Source: Chlamydiota bacterium
GTDB taxonomy: Bacteria; Chlamydiota; Chlamydiia; Chlamydiales; JAJFMA01
NCBI GenBank assembly: GCA_021772415.1
Contig: JAJFMA010000096.1
Span: 1 to 40,380 of the forward strand
DNA: 40,380 nt
Direction of reading: 5' to 3'
Positions 1 through 8,380 of the stretch are shown in pieces. The notes under the pieces are model-generated. The model saw nothing but the letters and a program-made list of their open reading frames with translations, was not told where the DNA came from and searched no databases. The position numbers were made by a program, and so were the translations under genes. Every line of letters begins with the position of its first letter. Within the stretch, counting starts at the first letter, position 1.

Positions 1-60
1 CGTGCCCGTGTGCGTGCCCGTGTGCGTGCCCGATTCTCCTTCTTACCCCTTCCCGTGCGC
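1..60 (-). repeat. Upstream arm of 12-nt periodic repeat (CGTGCCCGTGTG)n, truncated by the window edge
   Basis: 1-42 (CGTGCCCGTGTGCGTGCCCGTGTGCGTGCCCGATTCTCCTTC) is the reverse complement of the GAAGGAGAAATCGGGCACGCACACGGGCACG units at 560-920. Confidence 0.9.
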
Positions 61-140
61 AACCCAATTATAATGAAGCTCTAGTCATCTCGACTCTTCC
101 TATGCTACTTTCCTCTCTGATCAAATCAAGGATGTGAACT

Positions 141-536
141 ATGACTTACTATCTAGATCATGAGAAATTGGATGTGTATCGCCTAGCAATACAGTTCGTC
201 GTATTAGCAGATGAAATTGTACAGGCTCTACCGCGCGGACGTGCTTACCTTGCAGACCAATTGAGGCGCGCTGGATCCTCAATACCATTAAATATTGCTG
301 AGGGTGCGGGGGAATACATGCCAACGGAAAAAATTCGATTCTACCGAATGGCTAAACGATCCGCCACGGAATGTTCTAGTATACTTGACATATTGCAACA
401 TCTACAGCTGATTGAGGATCAACTATTTATGAAAGCCAGAGAGAACCTTATACGAACAGTCGCCATGCTGATTAAAATGGCAAAAGGTTCGAGCAACCAC
501 ACGGGAACGGGAGGGACGGTGAAGAATTCAGGGTAA
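141..536 (+). CDS. Four helix bundle protein (23S rRNA IVP / bAvd-like family)
   Basis: 131 aa with family motifs EKLDVY, LADQLRRAGSSIPLNIAEG and RFYRMAKRSATEC; AAGGA RBS upstream. Confidence 0.88.
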   Translation: MTYYLDHEKLDVYRLAIQFVVLADEIVQALPRGRAYLADQLRRAGSSIPLNIAEGAGEYMPTEKIRFYRMAKRSATECSSILDILQHLQLIEDQLFMKARENLIRTVAMLIKMAKGSSNHTGTGGTVKNSG

Positions 537-925
537 CGCGGATCAGACAGGAGCTGATTTTGAAATCGGGCACGCACACGGGCACGGGAAGAAGAAAAAA
601 TCGGGCACGCACACGGGCACGCACACGGGCACGGAAAGAAGGAGAAATCGGGCACGCACACGGGAGCGAGAGGGACGGTGAAGAATTCAGGGTGACGCGA
701 ATCAGACAGAAGCTGATTTCGAAATCGGGCACGCACACGGGCACGCACACGGGCACGGAAAGAAGAAGGAGGAGGAGGTTCGAGCAACCACACGGGAGCG
801 GGAGGGACGGTGAAGAATTCAGGGTGACGCGAATCAGACAGAAGCTGATTTCGAAATCGAGCACGCACACGGGAACGGGAAGAAGGAGGTTCGAGCACGC
901 ACACGGGAACGGGAAGAGGGAGAAC
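485..925 (+). repeat. Downstream modular repeat array: 12-mer CGGGCACGCACA units, purine-rich linkers and three copies of a ~57-nt block
   Basis: Block GAGGGACGGTGAAGAATTCAGGGT(A/G)ACGCG(G/A)ATCAGACAG(G/A)AGCTGATTT(T/C)GAAATCG starts at 511, 670 and 802. Confidence 0.92.
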
Positions 926-993
926 CAGTTCGCCACTTGCATCGCTAAGCAAATCTTTGTTAATGTGTTCCTAATTTCCAAAGTTGGAGGGAA

Positions 994-1230
994 ATGTCCA
1001 CCTTCGTTACGACTCTCGTCATCGCTGTATTGGTCACTATGCTAGCCCTTTTCGGTCTCGGTATTGGATGGATTCTCACGGGGAAATCCCGTATCAGACG
1101 CGGAGCGTGTGGGATGGATCCTACCAAACCCAGAGATGGCTCATGTGGAAAGAAAATACAGTGCGGCCTATGCGACCGTAACATTGAACCGGACCCTTCG
1201 GAAGAGACAGAAACGGAGTCTGATAAATGA
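994..1230 (+). CDS. Small membrane protein with Cys-rich tail, NqrM/DUF539-like
   Basis: 78 aa; N-terminal TM helix, RGACG then C..CGLC; GGAGG RBS; ATGA overlap with the next gene. Confidence 0.55.
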   Translation: MSTFVTTLVIAVLVTMLALFGLGIGWILTGKSRIRRGACGMDPTKPRDGSCGKKIQCGLCDRNIEPDPSEETETESDK

Positions 1231-2375
1231 CAGCGCCGACCGCTACTGAATTAAGCGAAGATCTTATTACCCTAATGCCTACTGAGCGTTTACGCGCCAT
1301 TGCTGAGTCGGTGATGGAGGGGCGTCGCCTAAGCCAAGACGACGGCCTATATCTTTTTGAGACTGAGCATGAAGAAGCACTGCGCTCCCTTGCAGATTTT
1401 TCCCGTAAGCGCGCCGCTGGTGATGTTGTATATTACGCGACGACCTTCTACATCCATCCGACGAATTTATGTGAGCTGTCATGTCCTATGTGTTCCTTTT
1501 ATGCTAAGCCAGGCTGGGACACTGCGTGGTTTGTAAAGCCTGAGGAAGCTGAAGCAAAAATCCGCGAGCAGCTAGACAAAGATCTTACGGAAATTCACGT
1601 TGTGGGAGGCCTTTGGCGCGACTGTAACCTCGACTACTACGAAGATCTCTTTGGCCGCATCAGGGGGCTCGACAAGACCCTTCACATTAAGGCTCTGACC
1701 CCCGTCGAGTACGACTTTTTAGCTGAGCTCCACGGCATTCCCATCGAGGAAGTGTTCGAGCGCATGATTGGCTGGGGCCTTGGCTCCCTCCCGGGTGGAG
1801 GTGCCGAGGTGTTAGTTGAAAAGATTCGGAAGGGTCTAGCGCCGCAAAAAATCACCTCACAGCAGTTTTTGGACATCCACCGCATCGTTCATGGTTTAGG
1901 TCTTCCTTCAAACGTGACGATGCTATATGGCTCGATCGAAGACCCCGAGCACCTAGTCGAGCACATGTGTCGTGTACGTGAAGTGCAGGATGACACAGGC
2001 GGCTTCCAGACTTTTGTTCCTTTGAAGTATCACGACGAAAATAATGCTTTAGGTAAGCGTAAAAAGCGTCTTAAGCCTAAAGACGCGAGACGTGTTTTCG
2101 CTGTCTCTCGCTTGATGCTCGACAACATCCGCAACCTCAAAGTGCTGTGGAACTACCTTGGCGTCGACCTTGCGCAAGAGCTCCTTCGTTGGGGCGGCAA
2201 TGACCTCTCGTCTACTAACACTGAAGAGAAGATCATTGTAATGGCTGGAGGCGTACGCATCGAGATGACAGCCCAAGTCATGCAGAATTTGATCACGGAA
2301 TCGGGGAGAATACCTCACAAAATCCACTCAGGACACGACTACGGGGACGACACACCACGCTTATGCTCAGACTAG
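1227..2375 (+). CDS. mqnE: Aminofutalosine synthase (radical SAM, CofH/MqnE family)
   Basis: CxxxCxxC (CELSCPMC), LPGGGAE and TMLYG motifs; first of an mqnE-mqnA-menG cluster. Confidence 0.8.
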   Translation: MTAPTATELSEDLITLMPTERLRAIAESVMEGRRLSQDDGLYLFETEHEEALRSLADFSRKRAAGDVVYYATTFYIHPTNLCELSCPMCSFYAKPGWDTAWFVKPEEAEAKIREQLDKDLTEIHVVGGLWRDCNLDYYEDLFGRIRGLDKTLHIKALTPVEYDFLAELHGIPIEEVFERMIGWGLGSLPGGGAEVLVEKIRKGLAPQKITSQQFLDIHRIVHGLGLPSNVTMLYGSIEDPEHLVEHMCRVREVQDDTGGFQTFVPLKYHDENNALGKRKKRLKPKDARRVFAVSRLMLDNIRNLKVLWNYLGVDLAQELLRWGGNDLSSTNTEEKIIVMAGGVRIEMTAQVMQNLITESGRIPHKIHSGHDYGDDTPRLCSD

Positions 2376-3157
2376 GAGCGATTCAATACATCAACGCCCT
2401 TCCATTCTTTCTAGCTTTCGAAGAAGGAGAGCTCGAGTGTCCCGCAGAGAGGATATACGCTGTCCCATCGGCTCTGAATAAGATGCTACGCGAGGGCGCG
2501 TTAGATTTATCTCCTATAAGTGCTGCGGAATATTTGCTGCATTCCAACGACTACACACTGCTTCCACGGTTTTGTATCGGGGCGGAAGGTCCTGTCCACA
2601 GTGTGGCATTATTTTCAAAGCATCCCTTGGACCAGCTTAGTGGAAAGCGGGTGGGGCTGACGACGCACAGTGCGAGTTCAAACCTTCTCACGCAGGTGCT
2701 ATGTCATCACTTTTGGGACGTCACCCCAACCTTTGAACCCTTTAATCTCGATGACCCGGATTTAGATCTATTTGACGCACTTGTCATCATCGGCGATGCA
2801 TGCCTAGAACGCGTTGTAGAGCCCCCCTGGCAGAAAGTAGATTTAGCACAAGCGTGGCATAGCGCCACCGGACTACCATTTACCTTCGCTGTTTTTGCGG
2901 CACGTAACGCTATCGCTGAAACGCAAAAGCCACAAATTAATGCAATTCTGGACAGCCTCTCTCAAGCCTTAGAGTGGTCTCAGGACCATCAAAAACGCCT
3001 TTTCGAGCTTGCTGAAGACAGGTGTCCTCGTTCTACCGTCGCTTATGACGACTACTACAAGGCCCTACGCTTCCACTTTACGCAGCCGCAAAAAAAAGGC
3101 CTTGACCTCTTCGGTAAGTTGATCCACTCTCTGCCAAAAAAGGCGTGTGTCACATGA
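2363..3157 (+). CDS. mqnA: Chorismate dehydratase (futalosine pathway)
   Basis: MLRLGAIQYINALP, PSALN, IIGDACL and TGLPFTFAVF motifs. Confidence 0.88.
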   Translation: MLRLGAIQYINALPFFLAFEEGELECPAERIYAVPSALNKMLREGALDLSPISAAEYLLHSNDYTLLPRFCIGAEGPVHSVALFSKHPLDQLSGKRVGLTTHSASSNLLTQVLCHHFWDVTPTFEPFNLDDPDLDLFDALVIIGDACLERVVEPPWQKVDLAQAWHSATGLPFTFAVFAARNAIAETQKPQINAILDSLSQALEWSQDHQKRLFELAEDRCPRSTVAYDDYYKALRFHFTQPQKKGLDLFGKLIHSLPKKACVT

Positions 3158-3918
3158 ACTCAGCACCTGCTACCCCTCCACCGCAATACGAAAAACAAGA
3201 TCCGCAATCGATACGCCATATGTTCTCCCGTATCGCCAGCCGCTATGACGTAGGGAATGCTGTTTTGTCGATGTCCCTGTTTCGTCAGTGGAACAGAAGT
3301 CTTGTCCGCAATGTTATCCTCCCTCAGGAACCTAAAAGCTACCTCGACCTATGCTGCGGCACCGGAGATATTGCTCTTACCTATCTCAAAGGGCTGAGAA
3401 AACACCCCAAGCTGCCGGTTCCTCAAACCGTGTACATGGTGGATTTTTGCGAGGAGATGCTCGAGATCGCCAAGGCCAAAGCGCTGCGGGCTCGGCTACC
3501 AAAGGTGGACCTAGAGTTCATCACTGGAGACGCCATGGCGCTCCCTCTGGACGACAATAGTGTCGACTGTGTCAGTGTCGCCTACGGCATCCGTAATGTG
3601 GCCGATCCACGGCGTTGCTTCGAAGAGATTCTTCGGGTGCTACGTCCTGGTGGCCGCATCGGCATCTTGGAGCTAACACGCCCAAAAAACCCTTTTCTAC
3701 GTCTCGGTCATAACCTCTATTTGCGTACCTTCGTTCCACTATTGGGCCGTTATGTCGCCACCGATGGTGAGGCCTATGAGTATCTGCAAAAGAGCATTCG
3801 CAACTTTGTCGCTCCGGAACTTCTCTCGCAGATGCTCCAAGACTTAGGGTTCTCGGACGTTCGTCTACGCCAACTATCTGGCGGTATTGCCACCTTGCTT
3901 TCTGGACACAAAGCCTAA
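3154..3918 (+). CDS. menG: Demethylmenaquinone methyltransferase (UbiE/MenG)
   Basis: MFSRIASRYD, LDLCCGTGD, AYGIRNV and RVLRPGG; ATG at 3154 overlaps the mqnA stop (ATGA). Confidence 0.9.
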   Translation: MNSAPATPPPQYEKQDPQSIRHMFSRIASRYDVGNAVLSMSLFRQWNRSLVRNVILPQEPKSYLDLCCGTGDIALTYLKGLRKHPKLPVPQTVYMVDFCEEMLEIAKAKALRARLPKVDLEFITGDAMALPLDDNSVDCVSVAYGIRNVADPRRCFEEILRVLRPGGRIGILELTRPKNPFLRLGHNLYLRTFVPLLGRYVATDGEAYEYLQKSIRNFVAPELLSQMLQDLGFSDVRLRQLSGGIATLLSGHKA

Positions 3919-3970
3919 CCGAGCGTATAGTCCTTCGCGAAACTATCCTCAATCAAGGCGAGAGAGACTT

Positions 3971-4480
3971 ATGACGATTCATACCCTTGAAGAATTCTTC
4001 ACCCCCTGGTCCATTGAAACTAGAAAGACTCTGCAGCTGCTTCAGTGCATATCTGATGACAGCTTAGCAAAAGAGTTACACCCCGATGTACGCACCATTG
4101 GACGGCTAGTCTGGCATATTGTGCAGACGATGCCCGAAATGATGGAACGCACAGGCCTCACCGTTGAAGGGCCTGAGTACGACAGTCCTCCTCCCAAGAC
4201 AGCCAAAGAGCTTGTCGAAGCCTACGAAAAGACTGCAGGAGCCCTGGCAAAAGCCATCGAAGACAACTGGAAGACGGACGAAAGCCTCCAGGAAACTGAC
4301 GATATGTACGGCATGGAATGGACACGCGCCCAAACCCTTGAAGCCCTCATAGGACACGAAATTCACCACCGTGGACAGCTGACTGTGCTGATGCGTTTGG
4401 CTGAGCTGCCTGTCCCTGGCACCTATGGCCCCAGCCGCGACGAATGGGCCGGATACGGCATGCCTACGCCACAAGTTTAG
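3971..4480 (+). CDS. DinB/YfiT-like protein
   Basis: RTIGRLVWHI and HEIHHRGQLTVLMR metal-binding His motifs; likely ATG start at 3971. Confidence 0.85.
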   Translation: MTIHTLEEFFTPWSIETRKTLQLLQCISDDSLAKELHPDVRTIGRLVWHIVQTMPEMMERTGLTVEGPEYDSPPPKTAKELVEAYEKTAGALAKAIEDNWKTDESLQETDDMYGMEWTRAQTLEALIGHEIHHRGQLTVLMRLAELPVPGTYGPSRDEWAGYGMPTPQV

Positions 4481-4541
4481 CATAAAGCGATCGATTGCGG
4501 CTGGACCCATCCGTAGGAAGAAAACGAAGAACTAAGAAATT

Positions 4542-4681
4542 TTAACGCAAAGAAGCAAAGACGCTAAGACGCTAAGAGAAGAAACTCGTATTATAGTGCC
4601 CCCATTATCTAGACATTGGGGACCACTATAACACCATAGTTCCTCCCTTTGCGTCTTAGCGTCTTTGCTTCTTTGCGTTAA
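4542..4681. repeat. Long intergenic hairpin with 8-nt periodic arms (REPIN-like); may also act as a bidirectional terminator
   Basis: Perfect 31-bp inverted repeat 4542-4572 / 4651-4681 plus inner stem 4591-4604 / 4617-4631, between convergent genes. Confidence 0.9.
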
Positions 4682-4750
4682 CATTCTTTTTCTATGTCTG
4701 AGGCATTAGAACACCGGCTCCAAGAATCAATTGGAGCCGGACCCGTTTCC

Positions 4751-5482
4751 TTACTGGTCCGTCGAGGCTATTAATTTCACCAGATTCATTCCCTCTTTGT
4801 ACAGCAATGTGAATGTTCCAGCCGCAAAGGCTTTGGTGCCTGCTCCTTTAAGCAACTGCCTTCCAAATTCCACCTTCAATCCCTTTTGCCAACGTGTAAG
4901 AGCCGTGTCTGCGGGATGGCCAACAATACTTCCAAAAAAGCCACTAATAAAATAGGAAATCACGTCCACGAGGTGATTGTCTCCAAACTTTCTCTTCATC
5001 TCATTAGAAACCGGATCACTAATTCTGATGGCACCTAAGAAACTTGTTTCACGTACAAGAATGGCTCCGCTTTGCTTCCACGTAAGAGCCCTCAAGACCT
5101 GTGGCAGGGAGAGACCCATCGTCAACCCGTTGAACCAAGCTAAGGGCACGACGGAGATCGTACCCACAGCTAGTGAACTCATTAGCATCGAAGTGAATGT
5201 CGGTGCATCCCTTTTTCCCACGTACCTATTCCAAAGAACTTCAAAACCTTTCTGAGCAATCATCTGCGTGCCCACAATGCCGCCGATCACAGGCGCTGCT
5301 TTAACCCCGCTGGAGATCACTTGTCGAGGACGAAATTTTGGCATTACATTGCCAAGCTGGAGATCGCTTTTAGCCATGAAAAGGTAATAGGGCGGAATAA
5401 TCGCCGCTCCCGCAACTAATGGAGGAGCGAACCAGTCCTCTTTGTTCTTCCATATAGTCTTAAAAATCGAATTACAATCCAT
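4751..5482 (-). CDS. Mitochondrial carrier family (SLC25)-like membrane protein
   Basis: 243 aa hydrophobic; SGFFGSIVGHPADTALTRWQ resembles Px[DE]xx[KR]xRxQ, followed by LLKG; AILVRETSFLG resembles carrier helix 4. Confidence 0.6.
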   Translation of the reverse strand: MDCNSIFKTIWKNKEDWFAPPLVAGAAIIPPYYLFMAKSDLQLGNVMPKFRPRQVISSGVKAAPVIGGIVGTQMIAQKGFEVLWNRYVGKRDAPTFTSMLMSSLAVGTISVVPLAWFNGLTMGLSLPQVLRALTWKQSGAILVRETSFLGAIRISDPVSNEMKRKFGDNHLVDVISYFISGFFGSIVGHPADTALTRWQKGLKVEFGRQLLKGAGTKAFAAGTFTLLYKEGMNLVKLIASTDQ

Positions 5483-5631
5483 ACCACCATCACAGTAACA
5501 GTTTAATAAATAAGGGAATTAGTTATATTATCTAATTAAACTATTAACGAAAAGAAAGTAATCTCAATGAATTAAAACATCGTATTTAAAATACCGAGAG
5601 TTCTCTATGGATTTGCCTCTCCCGTGGCCGT

Positions 5632-6537
5632 TTAGGCTCTGGCTTTGATCCATTTTAGGACGAGATCGGCCGTTGGTCCTACGAGCATAACGCTGGCGAA
5701 GGTGACGCCGGCGCCGAGGAGTTTGTACCAAGTGAGTGGCTCATGAAGGAAGACGTATCCCCATAGAATGACAATGACGGGGCATAGAAGAGTGGCGAAG
5801 GCCACGTAGCTGGCACCTATTTTTTTGACGAGTCTGAAGTATACGATCCATGGAAGTGCTGTTCCGAAGACGCCGAGTGCGACCATATATCCGCTTAGGG
5901 TCCATGTGAGGGTTGCGCTATGCCATGGTTGGTCATAGAGAGCGCTGATGGGTGTCAGTAGCAGCGTTGCAGCGACGACTTGAAGTGTTGCTGCGGGCAA
6001 TGGCGGCACGTGATCCAGAGTGCGCTCTGTGTACAGGAAGCCTGACGCGAAGGAGATAGCCATCATGTTGAGCATGAGCACACCTAGTCCAATGCCATGT
6101 CCTTCGTGGCTGACGGTAGGCATCAGAATAATCATGAGACCGGCAAAACCGAGCACGGCTCCAGCAACTTGGCGGGCATTTAGTTTACGTTGACCGAGCA
6201 CTACAACAGAGATTACGAGGGTGTATAGGGACACTGATCCTTCGATGATACCAGCAGTAGAGCTGTCGGCGTAGACTTCACCGAGTGCACAGCAGGTGAA
6301 GGCGATGACGTTATTGAGTAAGCCCGCGATGAAAATCTTCTTCCAATCGCGTAAGTAGGGGCGCAGCGGACGTTTTTGAATAAAACACCAACCAAGCAAG
6401 AATAGAGAAGCGACAACAAGGCGCATCCACGTGAGCGTGATGGGGGGTATGTCGTGGACGCCGATGCGTATGATCAGGAATGTGGGGCTCCAGAGCAATG
6501 CTAGGAGACAAACACCTAGCAGGTCACGGGTTTTCAT
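5632..6537 (-). CDS. EamA/DMT family transporter
   Basis: 301 aa, about 10 TM helices, LLWSPTF..PPITLTWMRL N-terminus and LLCPV..GYVFLHE C-terminus. Confidence 0.88.
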   Translation of the reverse strand: MKTRDLLGVCLLALLWSPTFLIIRIGVHDIPPITLTWMRLVVASLFLLGWCFIQKRPLRPYLRDWKKIFIAGLLNNVIAFTCCALGEVYADSSTAGIIEGSVSLYTLVISVVVLGQRKLNARQVAGAVLGFAGLMIILMPTVSHEGHGIGLGVLMLNMMAISFASGFLYTERTLDHVPPLPAATLQVVAATLLLTPISALYDQPWHSATLTWTLSGYMVALGVFGTALPWIVYFRLVKKIGASYVAFATLLCPVIVILWGYVFLHEPLTWYKLLGAGVTFASVMLVGPTADLVLKWIKARA

Positions 6538-6614
6538 TTTTCCACCTAATTAGTTTAAATTTAAGTATTTAAATACGCCAGTATACTCCCCAGAGAATTT
6601 CTGGGCACACAACT

Positions 6615-7721
6615 TTATAAGAAATTCAAACGTAAAAACATCGATTCAAAACAGCTGCGGACTGACGACGATCGCATAATATTGAGGCGTGCGTCAGCAA
6701 CAACTTTTAGGACATTATCGAGAGGCAGCAACAGACCACGCTGCAGGGCTTGAGTAAGAGATTGCTCAACATAGGGGTGACGCAGTAATTTGGAGTCGCC
6801 TCCACGATGCAATAGATGCATGTCGCGGTACCATCCGAGGACAGCTTCTAATAGACCTTCGATTTCCTCGCGAAAGCGCAAAGTGACGGCACCATCGACT
6901 TCCTTCTGAAGGCTTTCGCGTTGTACAGCGGTGAAATTCTCACTTCCTTCGGGGGTGATGGACCCGGAGATCTCCTCGTTGAGCCCTTCCTTCAAGGCTT
7001 CACAGTGTGCATCTAAATCATTTAGGAACTCACCAAGCTCACTGTAGGCGTTAAGGCGTCCCTGTCCTAACAAGGCTAGCAGAGCATCGTGAATAGGACA
7101 CCCGCCTTTGTCTAGAGTGCGTAAGGCACGACCTATGGAGCCTCGAGCAATACCCGCGATATGCACCGCTTCGGCATGTTCACATCCTCTCTCGGCTTCT
7201 AGGAACTGCGCAATGGTGTTCTTTGGGATAGGCTTAAAATGGAGTTTACGGCAGCGCGACATAATGGTCGGGAGCAGGTGCTGTGGCGCACTTGCCAACA
7301 AGATAATCAGTGTGTGGTGAGCGGGCTCCTCAAATGTCTTTAAGAGGGCGTTGGCGCTAGTGGGAAGCATCCTGTCTGCGTCGTGGATGATGAAAACCTT
7401 GTACGCAGCTTCTGTAGGAGGCATATAGACCTGATCACCGAGACGACGCAGGGAGTCGATACTATGCATCGCCAGCTTCCCTTGCGGACGGAAGATATGC
7501 AAGTCGGAGTGGTTACCAGCATTGAGTTTATGTCTATGCGATGCGCTATCACCTTCGGAAGCAATCACCTCCTTGGCGAGTTCTAGAGCAAACAGGCTTT
7601 TACCCACCCCTTCGGGACCGGCGAAGAGTAGAGAATGCCCTATACGTTCGGCATCTACCATCCGTTGAAGATAGTCTTTGATGTGGTCGTTGCCCAGGAT
7701 ATGAGTGAAATCCATAGACAT
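6615..7721 (-). CDS. holB: DNA polymerase III delta' subunit
   Basis: HSLLFAGPEGVGK, ANALLKTFEEP and LPTIMSRC; follows tmk. Confidence 0.9.
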   Translation of the reverse strand: MSMDFTHILGNDHIKDYLQRMVDAERIGHSLLFAGPEGVGKSLFALELAKEVIASEGDSASHRHKLNAGNHSDLHIFRPQGKLAMHSIDSLRRLGDQVYMPPTEAAYKVFIIHDADRMLPTSANALLKTFEEPAHHTLIILLASAPQHLLPTIMSRCRKLHFKPIPKNTIAQFLEAERGCEHAEAVHIAGIARGSIGRALRTLDKGGCPIHDALLALLGQGRLNAYSELGEFLNDLDAHCEALKEGLNEEISGSITPEGSENFTAVQRESLQKEVDGAVTLRFREEIEGLLEAVLGWYRDMHLLHRGGDSKLLRHPYVEQSLTQALQRGLLLPLDNVLKVVADARLNIMRSSSVRSCFESMFLRLNFL

Positions 7722-8377
7722 CAGAGACGCTCCTGAATCGCCGCTGCTACCTGTCTAAAGACGTCGCTCGGATCCTGATGGGCATCGATAACATGTAGGC
7801 GTAACGGTTCACGCTGTGCTAGCGCCAAGTAACCCTCACGGATCGCCTGGTGGAATTCGATCGCTTCAGATTCTATGCGGTCGAGGTCACCGCTGCCTGC
7901 AGTGTCTTTGCTAGTGCTTCTGGATCGCTGGAGACCGACTTCGGGATCGACGTCGAGGTAGAACGTGAGGTCCGGCACAGTGTGCTCGCATACTATCTGG
8001 CACATTGCTTCGATACGGTCGGCGCCGAGTCCACGGCCAACCCCTTGGTAGACGATCGTTGAATCGTTAAAACGGTCACACAACACTACTCCACCCGAGG
8101 CTAGAGCGGGGCGGATACGTTCGTGGAGGTGCTGAGCACGCGAAGCTAAAAAAAGACAGAGCTCAGCCATCGCTGCGATATCGACGTCAGATTTCGTGTC
8201 AAGGAGCCAACGACGAACCTGGTCACCGAGCGTAGAACCACCCGGCTCCCGTGTCTTTAAAGTGGAGTAGCCCAGCGTAGCGAGATGTCCATCCAGCTGG
8301 GCGATGAGTGACGATTTACCGGCACCCTCGCCCCCTTCGAAAGACACAAACAGTCCGGGCCATTCGCTCTGAGACAT
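7721..8377 (-). CDS. tmk: Thymidylate kinase
   Basis: FEGGEGAGKS, TREPGG and LCDRFNDSTIVYQG. Confidence 0.96.
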   Translation of the reverse strand: MSQSEWPGLFVSFEGGEGAGKSSLIAQLDGHLATLGYSTLKTREPGGSTLGDQVRRWLLDTKSDVDIAAMAELCLFLASRAQHLHERIRPALASGGVVLCDRFNDSTIVYQGVGRGLGADRIEAMCQIVCEHTVPDLTFYLDVDPEVGLQRSRSTSKDTAGSGDLDRIESEAIEFHQAIREGYLALAQREPLRLHVIDAHQDPSDVFRQVAAAIQERL

Positions 8378-8380
8378 CTT

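Noticed and set aside
485-925. CRISPR array or DGR template/variable repeats beside an Avd-like gene
   Set aside because: The intervening blocks are near-identical rather than unique; differences (A/G, G/A, G/A, T/C) are not one-directional adenine mutagenesis; no reverse transcriptase in the window, although DNA left of base 1 is unseen
419-1045. ORFs 419-952, 472-981 and 560-1045 (RARVRAR / PVCVP / GTHT repeats)
   Set aside because: Translations of the 12-nt DNA repeat, open in several frames; no independent coding evidence
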